Source: Polyangiales bacterium
GTDB lineage: Bacteria > Myxococcota_A > Polyangia > Polyangiales > Houyiibacteriaceae
Direction of reading: 5' to 3'
DNA: 20,988 nucleotides
Assembly: GCA_045106895.1 (NCBI GenBank)
Contig: JBGCFM010000111.1
Location: 1 to 20,988, forward strand
How positions within the stretch are numbered: the first letter of the stretch is position 1; each line of letters begins with the position of its first letter. Below, in pieces: positions 1 to 7,983 of the stretch. A model generated the notes under the pieces. It made no database searches, was not told the DNA's origin, and saw only the letters and a list, made by a program, of their open reading frames with translations. The translations under genes and the position numbers were made by a program.

Positions 1-847
1 GCCCGGTGTTGTGGTGCTGGAAGTCGCTCAAGAGTGGACCCGAATGACATTCGTTGCAGCGGGCCCGAAGAAATTCCCGACGCCCGTCTTGCACAGCTGA
101 GCTCAGCGCGTTCCTGTCGCCGGCGAAGAACCTCTGAAACGGAGTGTCCGTGACCTCGAAGGCACGAACTTCGTAGGCGGCGATGGCGTTCGCCGCGTGC
201 GCGAAGGTCATCGAGGTGAAGCCGGTCTCTGGGTAGGCCGCCTCGAACATCGTCACGTATTCGGGGACGTCTTCAAGGCGGCGCATGAGAGCCGACCAGA
301 TGCAGCGGAAGTCGTCATCTGCGAGGGCGGCGAGCTCGTTGTCGCCGACCTCGCCGCGCATCTCCTCGCGCGACGTCACAGGAAAGAGGGCCTGCGCGCT
401 GACCACGCCGAACTCCATGACCTGTTCCATATCCGCGTCCAGGAGGCCTGCGGGGGTTGCGATGCCGCCGTCACGAAGCTCGACGCGGCTGTCCCAGAAC
501 ATCGTGCGGTACTCATGGAGGTTGAAGAGTGCCGGTGAGTTGCGCGGGATCACCTGTCCACCGCTTCGGCTGGCTCCGACGCCGCTGCCGCCGACGCCGA
601 GGGAGAGCGCGCGATCATCGTCGGTGCCCTGGGAAGGGAGGTGGCACGTCGCGCACGCCACGTCGCGATTTCCGCTCAAGATCTTGTCAAAGAAGAGGGC
701 TTCCCCAAGCGCAAAGAGCGCGTCACCGACGCCTGGTGCCGCCGCCACGGGCTGATCCACTTGGCCCCCACCTCGTTGACCCTGGCAGGCGCTGAACAAG
801 AGCAGCGCGAAGGGAAAAGGCGGCGATTCGACGCCTGATACCCACAT
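1..847 (-). CDS. Di-haem cytochrome c peroxidase (bCcP/MauG superfamily), probable lipoprotein; 3' end runs off the window
   Basis: Not in the ORF track because no stop lies in the window. Manual minus-strand translation from ATG 847: MWVSGVESPPFPFALLLFSAC...LGEALFFDKILSGNRDVACATCH...RALSLGVGG...IPRNSPALFN...MFWDSR...RCNECHSGPLLSDFQHHNTG. It has two CxxCH haem motifs in typical CcP context and a lipobox-like FSAC. Confidence 0.92.
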   Translation of the reverse strand, partial: MWVSGVESPPFPFALLLFSACQGQRGGGQVDQPVAAAPGVGDALFALGEALFFDKILSGNRDVACATCHLPSQGTDDDRALSLGVGGSGVGASRSGGQVIPRNSPALFNLHEYRTMFWDSRVELRDGGIATPAGLLDADMEQVMEFGVVSAQALFPVTSREEMRGEVGDNELAALADDDFRCIWSALMRRLEDVPEYVTMFEAAYPETGFTSMTFAHAANAIAAYEVRAFEVTDTPFQRFFAGDRNALSSAVQDGRREFLRARCNECHSGPLLSDFQHHNTG

Positions 848-999
848 CAAAGCTGAACCCCGAGGAGCGCAAAGCAGCTCACCACGGAGCGCTTTTTTGC
901 GATTCGGAGTTCATGTGTTGGGAAATCGCCTGCGTTTCGCGGCGCTGTCGCCCCTCAGGAAGGCCGGTGCGGCCTAGGGGCCTCGTCGGACGGAGGGCC

Positions 1000-2610
1000 T
1001 TAGCCCTTGCGGCGGCTCATGGCTTCACGCGCAAAAAGCTGCGCGGCTTTGAGGCCGTGGAGCGCGCGGGAGGCGATGCCATCGCCATAGACCAGGGAAG
1101 AGACCTCACGGATCAAGCCGTAGGTTGTCTTCTGAATCGGGTAGACGCTGACGCCTTTTCCAAGAGGCCAGCGGTCCGTCACGACGGCCTTCGTATTGCA
1201 GCAGGCGCGCAGTCCTTCGCGGCCGTTGATGCGTCCAATGCCGCTGATGCCGACTCCGCCGAAGGGAAGCGACTGAATCATGTAGGCGATGCCGTAGTCG
1301 TTGATAACGGTCATGCCGGAACGAAGCTGTCCAGCGATGCGTTCGGCGCGGGCAGCGTTTTTTGTGAACACGCTCGAGCCGAGGCCGTACTCGCTGTCGT
1401 TCGCCAAACGGATCGCTTCGGCTTCGTCTTGAACCCGCACGATGACCATGACCGGTCCAAACTGCTCCTCGCGGATGATGCGCATGGAGTGGTCGACGTC
1501 GACGAGGATCGTCGGCGAATAAAACTGGCTGCCGGCGCTCTCGTTTCGGCTGCCGCCGAGGAGAACACGCGCGCCCTTGGACTTCGCGTCGGTGATGAGC
1601 TCGTCGATGATGTCCAGCTGTCGCGGCATGGTCATGGCGCCGCAGTCCACTGGCGCGTTGCTCTCCGCTTCGCTGCTCGGCACACCTTGGCGAAGGGCGC
1701 TCGCCTTCTTCAGCGTGGCGTCGACGAAGGCGTCGTAGACGGCGTCCATGACGTAGATTCGTTCCACGCCGACGCACATCTGGCCGCACGCGGTGTACAC
1801 GCCAAGGAGCGCTTGTTCGACGGCGTGCTTTAGGTCCGCGTCCTCGCAGACGATCATCGGGTCTTTGCCGCCGAGCTCGAGGACTACGTCGATGGGTCCT
1901 GCGCTCGCCGCCGCCATGACCTTGCGGCCGTTCTGCGGGGAGCCCGTGAAGAACACCTTCTCGACGCCGGATGTGACCAGCGCGGAGCCCGTGGCGCCGT
2001 AGCCTGTGACCACCTGGACGAGCTCTGGCGAGTGTCCGTGGGCCGTGAGCGCGTCGCGCATGATGGCGAGGTAAGGGTCCGCGGACCACGAGGTGTGCTC
2101 GGAGACCTTCGCGACGACTCCGTTGCCGGCGAAGAGCGCCGGGATCGCGGGACAGAGGAGGTTATGGAAAGGGAAGTTCCACGGGCAGATGACGCCGACG
2201 ACGCCGAGGGCGTGGTACTCCACGCGGGCGCCTTTTTGCGCGAGGATGCCGCTTGTGCGTGTTTCTGGGCGGAGGTCGCGCTCGCCATGCGTGAGCACGT
2301 AACGGAGCTTCTCAAGGACCGGGAAAACCTCGCCGAGGGCCGCGTCGACCATCGTCTTGCCGCTGTCTTTGACGGAGAGGCGACAGATCTCTTCGTGCCG
2401 CTCCAGCGTGAGCTTTTTCATCGTTCGCATGACGCGCTTGCGCTCCGCAAAGCTCGTCTTGCCCCAGGCTGCCTGGGCGACGCGTGAGCGCTCCACCGCT
2501 GCTCGCACTTGCTCCGCGTCCATGATCGGAACTTCGCCGAGAAACTCGAGCGTCGCCGGGTTGACGGCGGGGATCACTTCTTGGGTGTTTGAGAGCGTCT
2601 CGGTCTGCAT
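1000..2610 (-). CDS. NAD(P)-dependent aldehyde dehydrogenase, ALDH15/22 (plant ALDH22A1 / yeast Msc7)-like
   Basis: Motifs PWNFP, KVSEHTSWS, FTGS, catalytic Glu LELGGKDP, catalytic Cys GQMC, EEQFGP and LPFGG. Start is uncertain (ATG 2610, ATG 2631 or GTG 2637). Confidence 0.95.
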   Translation of the reverse strand: MQTETLSNTQEVIPAVNPATLEFLGEVPIMDAEQVRAAVERSRVAQAAWGKTSFAERKRVMRTMKKLTLERHEEICRLSVKDSGKTMVDAALGEVFPVLEKLRYVLTHGERDLRPETRTSGILAQKGARVEYHALGVVGVICPWNFPFHNLLCPAIPALFAGNGVVAKVSEHTSWSADPYLAIMRDALTAHGHSPELVQVVTGYGATGSALVTSGVEKVFFTGSPQNGRKVMAAASAGPIDVVLELGGKDPMIVCEDADLKHAVEQALLGVYTACGQMCVGVERIYVMDAVYDAFVDATLKKASALRQGVPSSEAESNAPVDCGAMTMPRQLDIIDELITDAKSKGARVLLGGSRNESAGSQFYSPTILVDVDHSMRIIREEQFGPVMVIVRVQDEAEAIRLANDSEYGLGSSVFTKNAARAERIAGQLRSGMTVINDYGIAYMIQSLPFGGVGISGIGRINGREGLRACCNTKAVVTDRWPLGKGVSVYPIQKTTYGLIREVSSLVYGDGIASRALHGLKAAQLFAREAMSRRKG

Positions 2611-2630
2611 ACGTAGGAGATACGTATGCA
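2606..2630. promoter_or_regulatory. Perfect 10-5-10 inverted repeat over the ALDH start (candidate operator or translational hairpin)
   Basis: TGCATACGTA-GGAGA-TACGTATGCA: the arms are exact reverse complements and AT-rich against a GC-rich background. Confidence 0.5.
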
Positions 2631-2649
2631 TGGCCACGCGGTCAAACGC

Positions 2650-3024
2650 TCAGGGGTAGCGCATTGGAATCACGACGGCGGCGCCGGGGCCGAGGTCGAT
2701 GAGCGCTTCGGGGTATCGGGGAGGGCCGAAGCGGCGAAACGCGTTCCCACTGACGCCATAACCTTCGCGCGGCATACCGAGAATGTTGGTGTCGAGGCGC
2801 CCGTTGTTGTTTTCGTCGTGGAGGACGCTGATAGCGTATTGGCCGTGGGGAACTCCCTCGAACTCGAACTCTATCGTCCCGGCTTTCGCCGAAAGGACCT
2901 TCCCGTGGATGGCCTTGTCCTGCTCCGAGGGGAAACCGTCGGCGGAGGAGAAGAGCGCGCAGGCGACCTGACCGTCACTGTTTCGCACGCCTTGGATAAG
3001 GATTCTTGTCTGCGCCCGGTCCAT
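2650..3024 (-). CDS. DUF2141 domain protein
   Basis: 124 aa with G-Y-A-I-S-V-LHDENNNGRLDTNILGMPREGYGVSGN and GPP, the characteristic DUF2141 motif. Confidence 0.9.
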   Translation of the reverse strand: MDRAQTRILIQGVRNSDGQVACALFSSADGFPSEQDKAIHGKVLSAKAGTIEFEFEGVPHGQYAISVLHDENNNGRLDTNILGMPREGYGVSGNAFRRFGPPRYPEALIDLGPGAAVVIPMRYP

Positions 3025-3082
3025 TCTAAGTACCTAGGGCCGTTGCCCCGTGGCGGCAAGAAAGGGGACATTGCCCAAACCG

Positions 3083-3865
3083 CTAGAGCCCGCGTTTCCC
3101 AAGGGCGCCGAATCGGTCGACGTATTCGCCGTGCACCGCCGGAGCATCCCCGCGCACGATGTCCTTCATCTTCGCGCCGCTTGAGAGCCGCCGTAGATGA
3201 ACGTTCCGGCCGTCGATGACGAAGTATGCGCGCCAAGCACGGACGCTGAGAACGAACCCTTCCCCGTCTTTGCGGATACGACGATAGGCGTGAGGTCGTG
3301 GCCCGATGCTGAGATGGTCGACGATGCGCGTGCGCAGGTCGACGCCGCGCTCCTTGAGGAACGCTAGCTGCGTTTCTGCGTGAGGCTCCACGCTCACGTT
3401 GAAGGTCTCGCCTGGGTCGTCGGGTCGTTCGAGCCAGCCCGTGGATGCTTTGACGATGGCGTCGGACCAGGGCGTGTATGGCTTGACGTCGAGAATCGGT
3501 GTTCCGTCGAGGAGGTCGAGCTCCTGAACGAAGAGCGTGAGTCCTTCGCGCCGAAGGAGACGCACGACGGTGAGACCGATGGGGTTTGGCCTGCGTGGCG
3601 CGCGCGTCGCGAAGACGCCGCGTTTGTGTTCGCTTCGCGGCGGCAAGACCGTGGGACGCCAGCCCTCGGCTTGGTCGAAGACCGACACGAGCCAGAGGTA
3701 GTCGAAGCCATCGATGTCGCGGAGCGCATCTTCGAAGCCCATGCCTTCGGCGAACTCCACGCGACCTTGAACCTCTGCCGCGGCCCGGCCTTGGCGAGGA
3801 GCGTCGGCTTTGTCCACGAGGGGAGAGCGCACGAATGCGACCGGAGAAAACTCAAAAGACGCCAC
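3083..3865 (-). CDS. trmO: tRNA (N6-threonylcarbamoyladenosine(37)-N6)-methyltransferase TrmO (TsaA/YaeB)
   Basis: APRQG, GVFATRAPRRPNPIGLTVV and DLLDGTPILDVKPY are signature motifs of TsaA/TrmO. Confidence 0.95.
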   Translation of the reverse strand: MASFEFSPVAFVRSPLVDKADAPRQGRAAAEVQGRVEFAEGMGFEDALRDIDGFDYLWLVSVFDQAEGWRPTVLPPRSEHKRGVFATRAPRRPNPIGLTVVRLLRREGLTLFVQELDLLDGTPILDVKPYTPWSDAIVKASTGWLERPDDPGETFNVSVEPHAETQLAFLKERGVDLRTRIVDHLSIGPRPHAYRRIRKDGEGFVLSVRAWRAYFVIDGRNVHLRRLSSGAKMKDIVRGDAPAVHGEYVDRFGALGKRGL

Positions 3866-4004
3866 GGGAATGGCTTAGCTTCAAAGCTCAGAGCCTTCTA
3901 GAGCAATTCAAGCAGCGTCCCCCTGAACGAGCCGCCGAGGCCGTGTGCCGGGACAAATTCTCCGGGGCCCTTGATGTTCTGCGCGCGCTCAGGCACCAAG
4001 GCGC

Positions 4005-4901
4005 ATGGATGACAGCCTCCTCACGAAAGTGCTCCTCCCCCTAGCGCTCTTCATCATCATGTGGGGCCTCGGGCTTTCCCTGACGTGGGCGGACTTCAAG
4101 CGCGGCGCGGAGAAGCCGCTTCCCGTCGCTCTGGGCGTTTTCTGCCAGATGGTGCTCTTGCCTCTCCTTGGCTTCGGCGTCGCGATGGCTTTTGGACTCA
4201 CGGGGCCTTTGGCCGTGGGCCTCATCATCCTCTCCCTGTGTCCGGGCGGAGTCACCTCCAACCTGCTCTCGTTTTTGTCGAAGGGGGACCTCGCGCTCTC
4301 CATCACGCTCACGGCGATCAGCAGCGTGCTCACGCCCTTCACGGTGCCGCTCGTGGCGGGCATTGCGTTCACCACCTTCGGAATGGACGCAGCCGAGGTT
4401 GCGCTGCCGATTCCCAAGACGATGCTCACGCTTGTCGCCATCACCATCTTGCCTGTCGGCATCGGCATGCTCATCCGGCGCTTCAAGCCTGGGTTTGCCA
4501 AGGCGGCGGAGCGCCCCATTCGAATCGCGTCGGCGCTTTTCCTCGCGCTCATCATCGCCGGCGTCGTGAAGCAGAACATCGACGACCTCGCGGAGTTCTT
4601 CGTGAGAGCCGGACCGGCGGCTCTTATCCTCAACGTGGTCTCCATGGCCAGCGGACTTCTCTTGGCGAAGCTGATGAAGTTCGGCCGACCGCAAGCCATC
4701 ACCATTGGCATGGAGGTCGGGGTTCAGAACGGCACGACGGCTATCTTCATTACGAGCACGCTTCTGGCCAACCCTGAGATGTCCATCGCCCCTGCGGTCT
4801 ATAGCCTCATCATGTTCGTGACCGGCGCGCTCTTCGGCGTGCTCATGAACCGGGGGCGGTCCGCCGAGGATGACGCCGCGGCGGACCCCGCTACTTCTTA
4901 G
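4005..4901 (+). CDS. Bile acid:sodium symporter (BASS/SBF) family transporter
   Basis: Multi-TM protein with CPGGVTSN, GDLALSITLT and EVGVQNGT Na-site motifs. Overlaps the convergent MscS gene by 11 bp. Confidence 0.93.
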   Translation: MDDSLLTKVLLPLALFIIMWGLGLSLTWADFKRGAEKPLPVALGVFCQMVLLPLLGFGVAMAFGLTGPLAVGLIILSLCPGGVTSNLLSFLSKGDLALSITLTAISSVLTPFTVPLVAGIAFTTFGMDAAEVALPIPKTMLTLVAITILPVGIGMLIRRFKPGFAKAAERPIRIASALFLALIIAGVVKQNIDDLAEFFVRAGPAALILNVVSMASGLLLAKLMKFGRPQAITIGMEVGVQNGTTAIFITSTLLANPEMSIAPAVYSLIMFVTGALFGVLMNRGRSAEDDAAADPATS

Positions 4902-6420
4902 TCTTCGAGTCGTCCGAGTCCGAGTTTAGCGAGAAGAACTTCTTGATGCGCCCCAGCAAAACCCCGCTGGAGGGCGCCGGCAGGTTGCCGTGACTCGACT
5001 TCCGCTCGTCGCTGCTCATCAGCTCCACGTTTCGCTCCGTCAGGACGCTGCTGATGGTCTCGGCGAGCTCTGGCGCGGTCTCGAGCACCGGTTGGAACGC
5101 GCTCTTTCCGATGACCATCAGGTCCACCTCCGTCGCAGCTGATACCGACGCGGTCCGCATCGCGCCGGTCATCAAAGACATCTCGCCGAAGAACTGACCG
5201 GGGCCTAGGCGACTGACCTCGCGCCGCCGTTGTCCAGAGCCGAGGTCGACGCGCACTTGACCTCGCAGGACGATGAAGAGCTCGTCGCCGTGATCGCCCT
5301 CGCGGATGATGGGCTCGCCCGGCGCAAAGAGCCGCCGCGCCGTCTGCTCCGCCAGCTGGTGCAGCGCCTCTTTCGGGAGCGCGTCGAGAAAGTCGACGTG
5401 GCGCAGTGCGTCCTCGCGGCTGTCGACCTTGGCTTCCTTTTCGTGCTCGAGGGTCTCCTCGGTGACCTCGTGAAGCCGCACCGTCCGCATGGGCGCGGGG
5501 ATCTCGACGCCGAGGCGGTCGAGGGCGTACCAAAGGCGCATGCGCACTTCGCCAGCGATGGTGTCACGTCGGTCGAACTCGCGGATGAAGTAACGCACCT
5601 CGTACTCGACGCCCCGCTCCGTGAACTCGTGGACCAAGACCGAGGTCTGAGGCGTGAGCATCACGCCATCGACCTCTTCAATGGCGCTCAGAAGCGCCGC
5701 CTTGATCTGCGTTGGCGAGATCGTCGTCGGGGCGTAGACGTAGACTTTGCGCCGGGCTTCCTTGGTCGGCGCGGAGAAGTTTCGAAGCGCCGACTTCGCA
5801 AGGGTGGAGTTCGGGACCGTCATCTCGACGTGCTCGAGGGTGACGACTTTGACCGCGCGCCAGTTCATCTCGACGACTCGGCCGGTGCGGTCGTCGACGT
5901 CGTCCCACTGAATCCAGTCGCCGACACGAAAGGGCTGCTGCGCTTGAATTGCGAGGCCCGCGAAGAGGTTGCCTAGCGTGTCTTGTAGGGCGAAGCCGAC
6001 GACGGCGGTGAGGAGCGCCGAGGTCGTGAAGAGCGCGCCGGGTTCAACGCCCGCGACGTGAAGCGTGACGAGCATAGCGGCGGCAAAAAGCAGCGCCTGA
6101 ATGAGATCGCGAAGGATACGCGGGACAACGCCGCCGATGACGCGGTTGACGACCAAACGAAGGAGCAGAAGGTAGCTGCAGCGCGCAGCCGCCATGGTCA
6201 GGAAGAACACGCCAACGATGCGGAGCAGCTCGTCGGGCTCGGACTCCTCGGGGACGAAGGCCCGCCCCACCATCACCAAGAGGTGAAAGACGACCATCAG
6301 CACCGGCATGCGAAGCGAGGCTCGCTCCGAGCGACGCATCGTCAGCAAGAGCACGAAAATGAGGAGGACGACGACGCCGATGCCGACTCCTCCGAACACC
6401 GTGACGTGACTCCAATCCAC
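4891..6420 (-). CDS. MscS-family mechanosensitive channel with C-terminal cyclic-nucleotide-binding domain
   Basis: N-terminal TM helices, MscS core GFALQDTLGNLFAGL and QPFRVGDWI, and cNMP domain IIREGDHGDELFIVLRG...FFGEMSLMTGAMRTASV. Confidence 0.93.
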   Translation of the reverse strand: MDWSHVTVFGGVGIGVVVLLIFVLLLTMRRSERASLRMPVLMVVFHLLVMVGRAFVPEESEPDELLRIVGVFFLTMAAARCSYLLLLRLVVNRVIGGVVPRILRDLIQALLFAAAMLVTLHVAGVEPGALFTTSALLTAVVGFALQDTLGNLFAGLAIQAQQPFRVGDWIQWDDVDDRTGRVVEMNWRAVKVVTLEHVEMTVPNSTLAKSALRNFSAPTKEARRKVYVYAPTTISPTQIKAALLSAIEEVDGVMLTPQTSVLVHEFTERGVEYEVRYFIREFDRRDTIAGEVRMRLWYALDRLGVEIPAPMRTVRLHEVTEETLEHEKEAKVDSREDALRHVDFLDALPKEALHQLAEQTARRLFAPGEPIIREGDHGDELFIVLRGQVRVDLGSGQRRREVSRLGPGQFFGEMSLMTGAMRTASVSAATEVDLMVIGKSAFQPVLETAPELAETISSVLTERNVELMSSDERKSSHGNLPAPSSGVLLGRIKKFFSLNSDSDDSKTKK

Positions 6421-6485
6421 CGCCGGCGATTAAAGCACATCCCAGATGGACGCACGATTACGTTGCGCTCTAATGCGACGCGCAG

Positions 6486-7928
6486 CTAGCGGCGGCCGCG
6501 CCGCATGTCGACGTTGATGACGGTGACGCCGCCTTCTTCGACTTCGACATTTCGGTTCTGCGTCGCGAAGCCGTTCGCTTCGATGCTTACGGCGTGGGTG
6601 CCGGCGTCGAGTTCGATCTCGAATACCCCATCTTGGTCAGCCTGGACTTCTTCCTCGCCAACACGAACCGTCGCCTGCAGCGCGCGGCCACGGAAGTCGC
6701 GCACGAGACCACGAAGGGCGCCGGTGGGTGGTAAGGCCGTCAGCGTAAGGGCAGCGGAGTCGGCGGCGTTGGCCTCAAGGGGCGCGTAGCCCTCTTGAAC
6801 GACACGCACGCGCAGACCCTCGACTCCATCAGGAACCTCCACGTCGTACGCGCCATTCTCGTCCGTCGTCGTCGTGGCGATGACGTTGCCATCGACATCG
6901 AGGATGCTGACCTCCGCTCCAGCCATGGCCCCGTCGGGACCTGCAATGACGCCCCTTAGATGGGGCACGACGGCCACCGGCTCCTCCACCACCTCGGGCT
7001 CGTGGGCGTCCATGTCCTCGGCGACGACCTCGTCTGGGCCCAGGCCGATGGAGTACGAGAGGCCTGCGAAGATACGCACAACGGGCTCGACCTCGCGGAG
7101 CGCGCCGAAGTCTACCGGCTCTCTGGATTGGAGCGCCGCCTCAAGGCCCACTTGAATGCCGAGCGCGTCTGTCGCGGAGAAACGTGCGCCGGCGGCGACT
7201 CGAATCGGCGAATCGCTGACGCCGAGGGCATCCGAGCCGACGAAGGGTTCAAACGTCGCTTCAAGGAATGCCGAGGCTGTCCCAAAGGAGTAGCTGGCGG
7301 CGAGCCCCAGGAGCACGGCGTTCGCGCCGTTCGCGGCGAGGGAAACGGCGTCACCGCGGCGATAGGTCGCTTGGCCGCGTAGAAGTGTGTCGCTGCCGTC
7401 GATGCGGTAGCCCACGTTGAAGGCGAGTTGAAGATCGCCTGCGCGGTATCCGACGAGTCCGCGGAACGCGAGTCGGCTGGAGCCGATATCAATGGAGGGC
7501 GCTGCGGCACCGAAGAGGTCCCAGCGGACTTCCAGTCCAAGGCTGAGCTTTCCGAGCATTCCGCCGACTCGTGCCGCGAGCCACGGCTGACCAAAACCGC
7601 TGCTGTCGGCACCCATCGCGTCGTCCGGGTGAAAGTCGAGGCGTCCGCGAACGCCGGCGGCGATGGAGAGAAGGGAGATGGGGCGCACTGCGAGGGCGAG
7701 GCCGCCCTCGATGCGCTGGTGGGAACCTTCCTCGCCGTCCGCTTCGGCGATGAAACCATATCCGCCACGGGCGGCGATGGTGAGGTCCGGCGCGCCGTCG
7801 TCGATCCAGCCGACGCGCTCGCCGCCGGGGAGGCCGAGTTCATTCCGATCGGCGACCTGTGCCGAGGAGACAAGCGGTGCCAGGAGCACAGCCGAGAGAA
7901 TGAGTATGCTCTGGAGCGTCGTTTTCAT
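6486..7928 (-). CDS. Exported protein: putative outer-membrane beta-barrel domain plus two carboxypeptidase-regulatory-like/PEGA-like Ig repeats
   Basis: True start is probably ATG 7928 (MKTTLQSILILSAVLLAPLVSSA|Q signal peptide). Amphipathic strands (LQLAFNVGYR, VLLGLAASYS, IRVAAGARFS, VRIFAGLSYSIG) are followed by LRGVI..GAEV...TTTDENGAY and LRGLVRDFRG...ADQDGVFEIELDAGTHAVSIEANGFATQ repeats. Confidence 0.75.
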   Translation of the reverse strand: MKTTLQSILILSAVLLAPLVSSAQVADRNELGLPGGERVGWIDDGAPDLTIAARGGYGFIAEADGEEGSHQRIEGGLALAVRPISLLSIAAGVRGRLDFHPDDAMGADSSGFGQPWLAARVGGMLGKLSLGLEVRWDLFGAAAPSIDIGSSRLAFRGLVGYRAGDLQLAFNVGYRIDGSDTLLRGQATYRRGDAVSLAANGANAVLLGLAASYSFGTASAFLEATFEPFVGSDALGVSDSPIRVAAGARFSATDALGIQVGLEAALQSREPVDFGALREVEPVVRIFAGLSYSIGLGPDEVVAEDMDAHEPEVVEEPVAVVPHLRGVIAGPDGAMAGAEVSILDVDGNVIATTTTDENGAYDVEVPDGVEGLRVRVVQEGYAPLEANAADSAALTLTALPPTGALRGLVRDFRGRALQATVRVGEEEVQADQDGVFEIELDAGTHAVSIEANGFATQNRNVEVEEGGVTVINVDMRRGRR

Positions 7929-7983
7929 CGGTGATTTCGGGGACATCGCCAAAGGGTCACCAACCATGGTACCAGGAAAAGGC

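Noticed and set aside
951..999. GC-rich hairpins after the ALDH stop
   Set aside because: The stems are imperfect and there is no U-tract on the minus strand, so an intrinsic terminator cannot be supported.
913..1833. Long antisense or alternate-frame ORFs here and at 5230-5976, 9389-10726, 16258-17295 and 18544-19728
   Set aside because: These are expected stop-poor shadows of real genes in high-GC DNA, with no recognisable motifs.
7663..7965. N-terminal extension of the 606-aa plus ORF
   Set aside because: It overlaps the divergent gene, and the lipobox position favours a start at 7984 or 7966.
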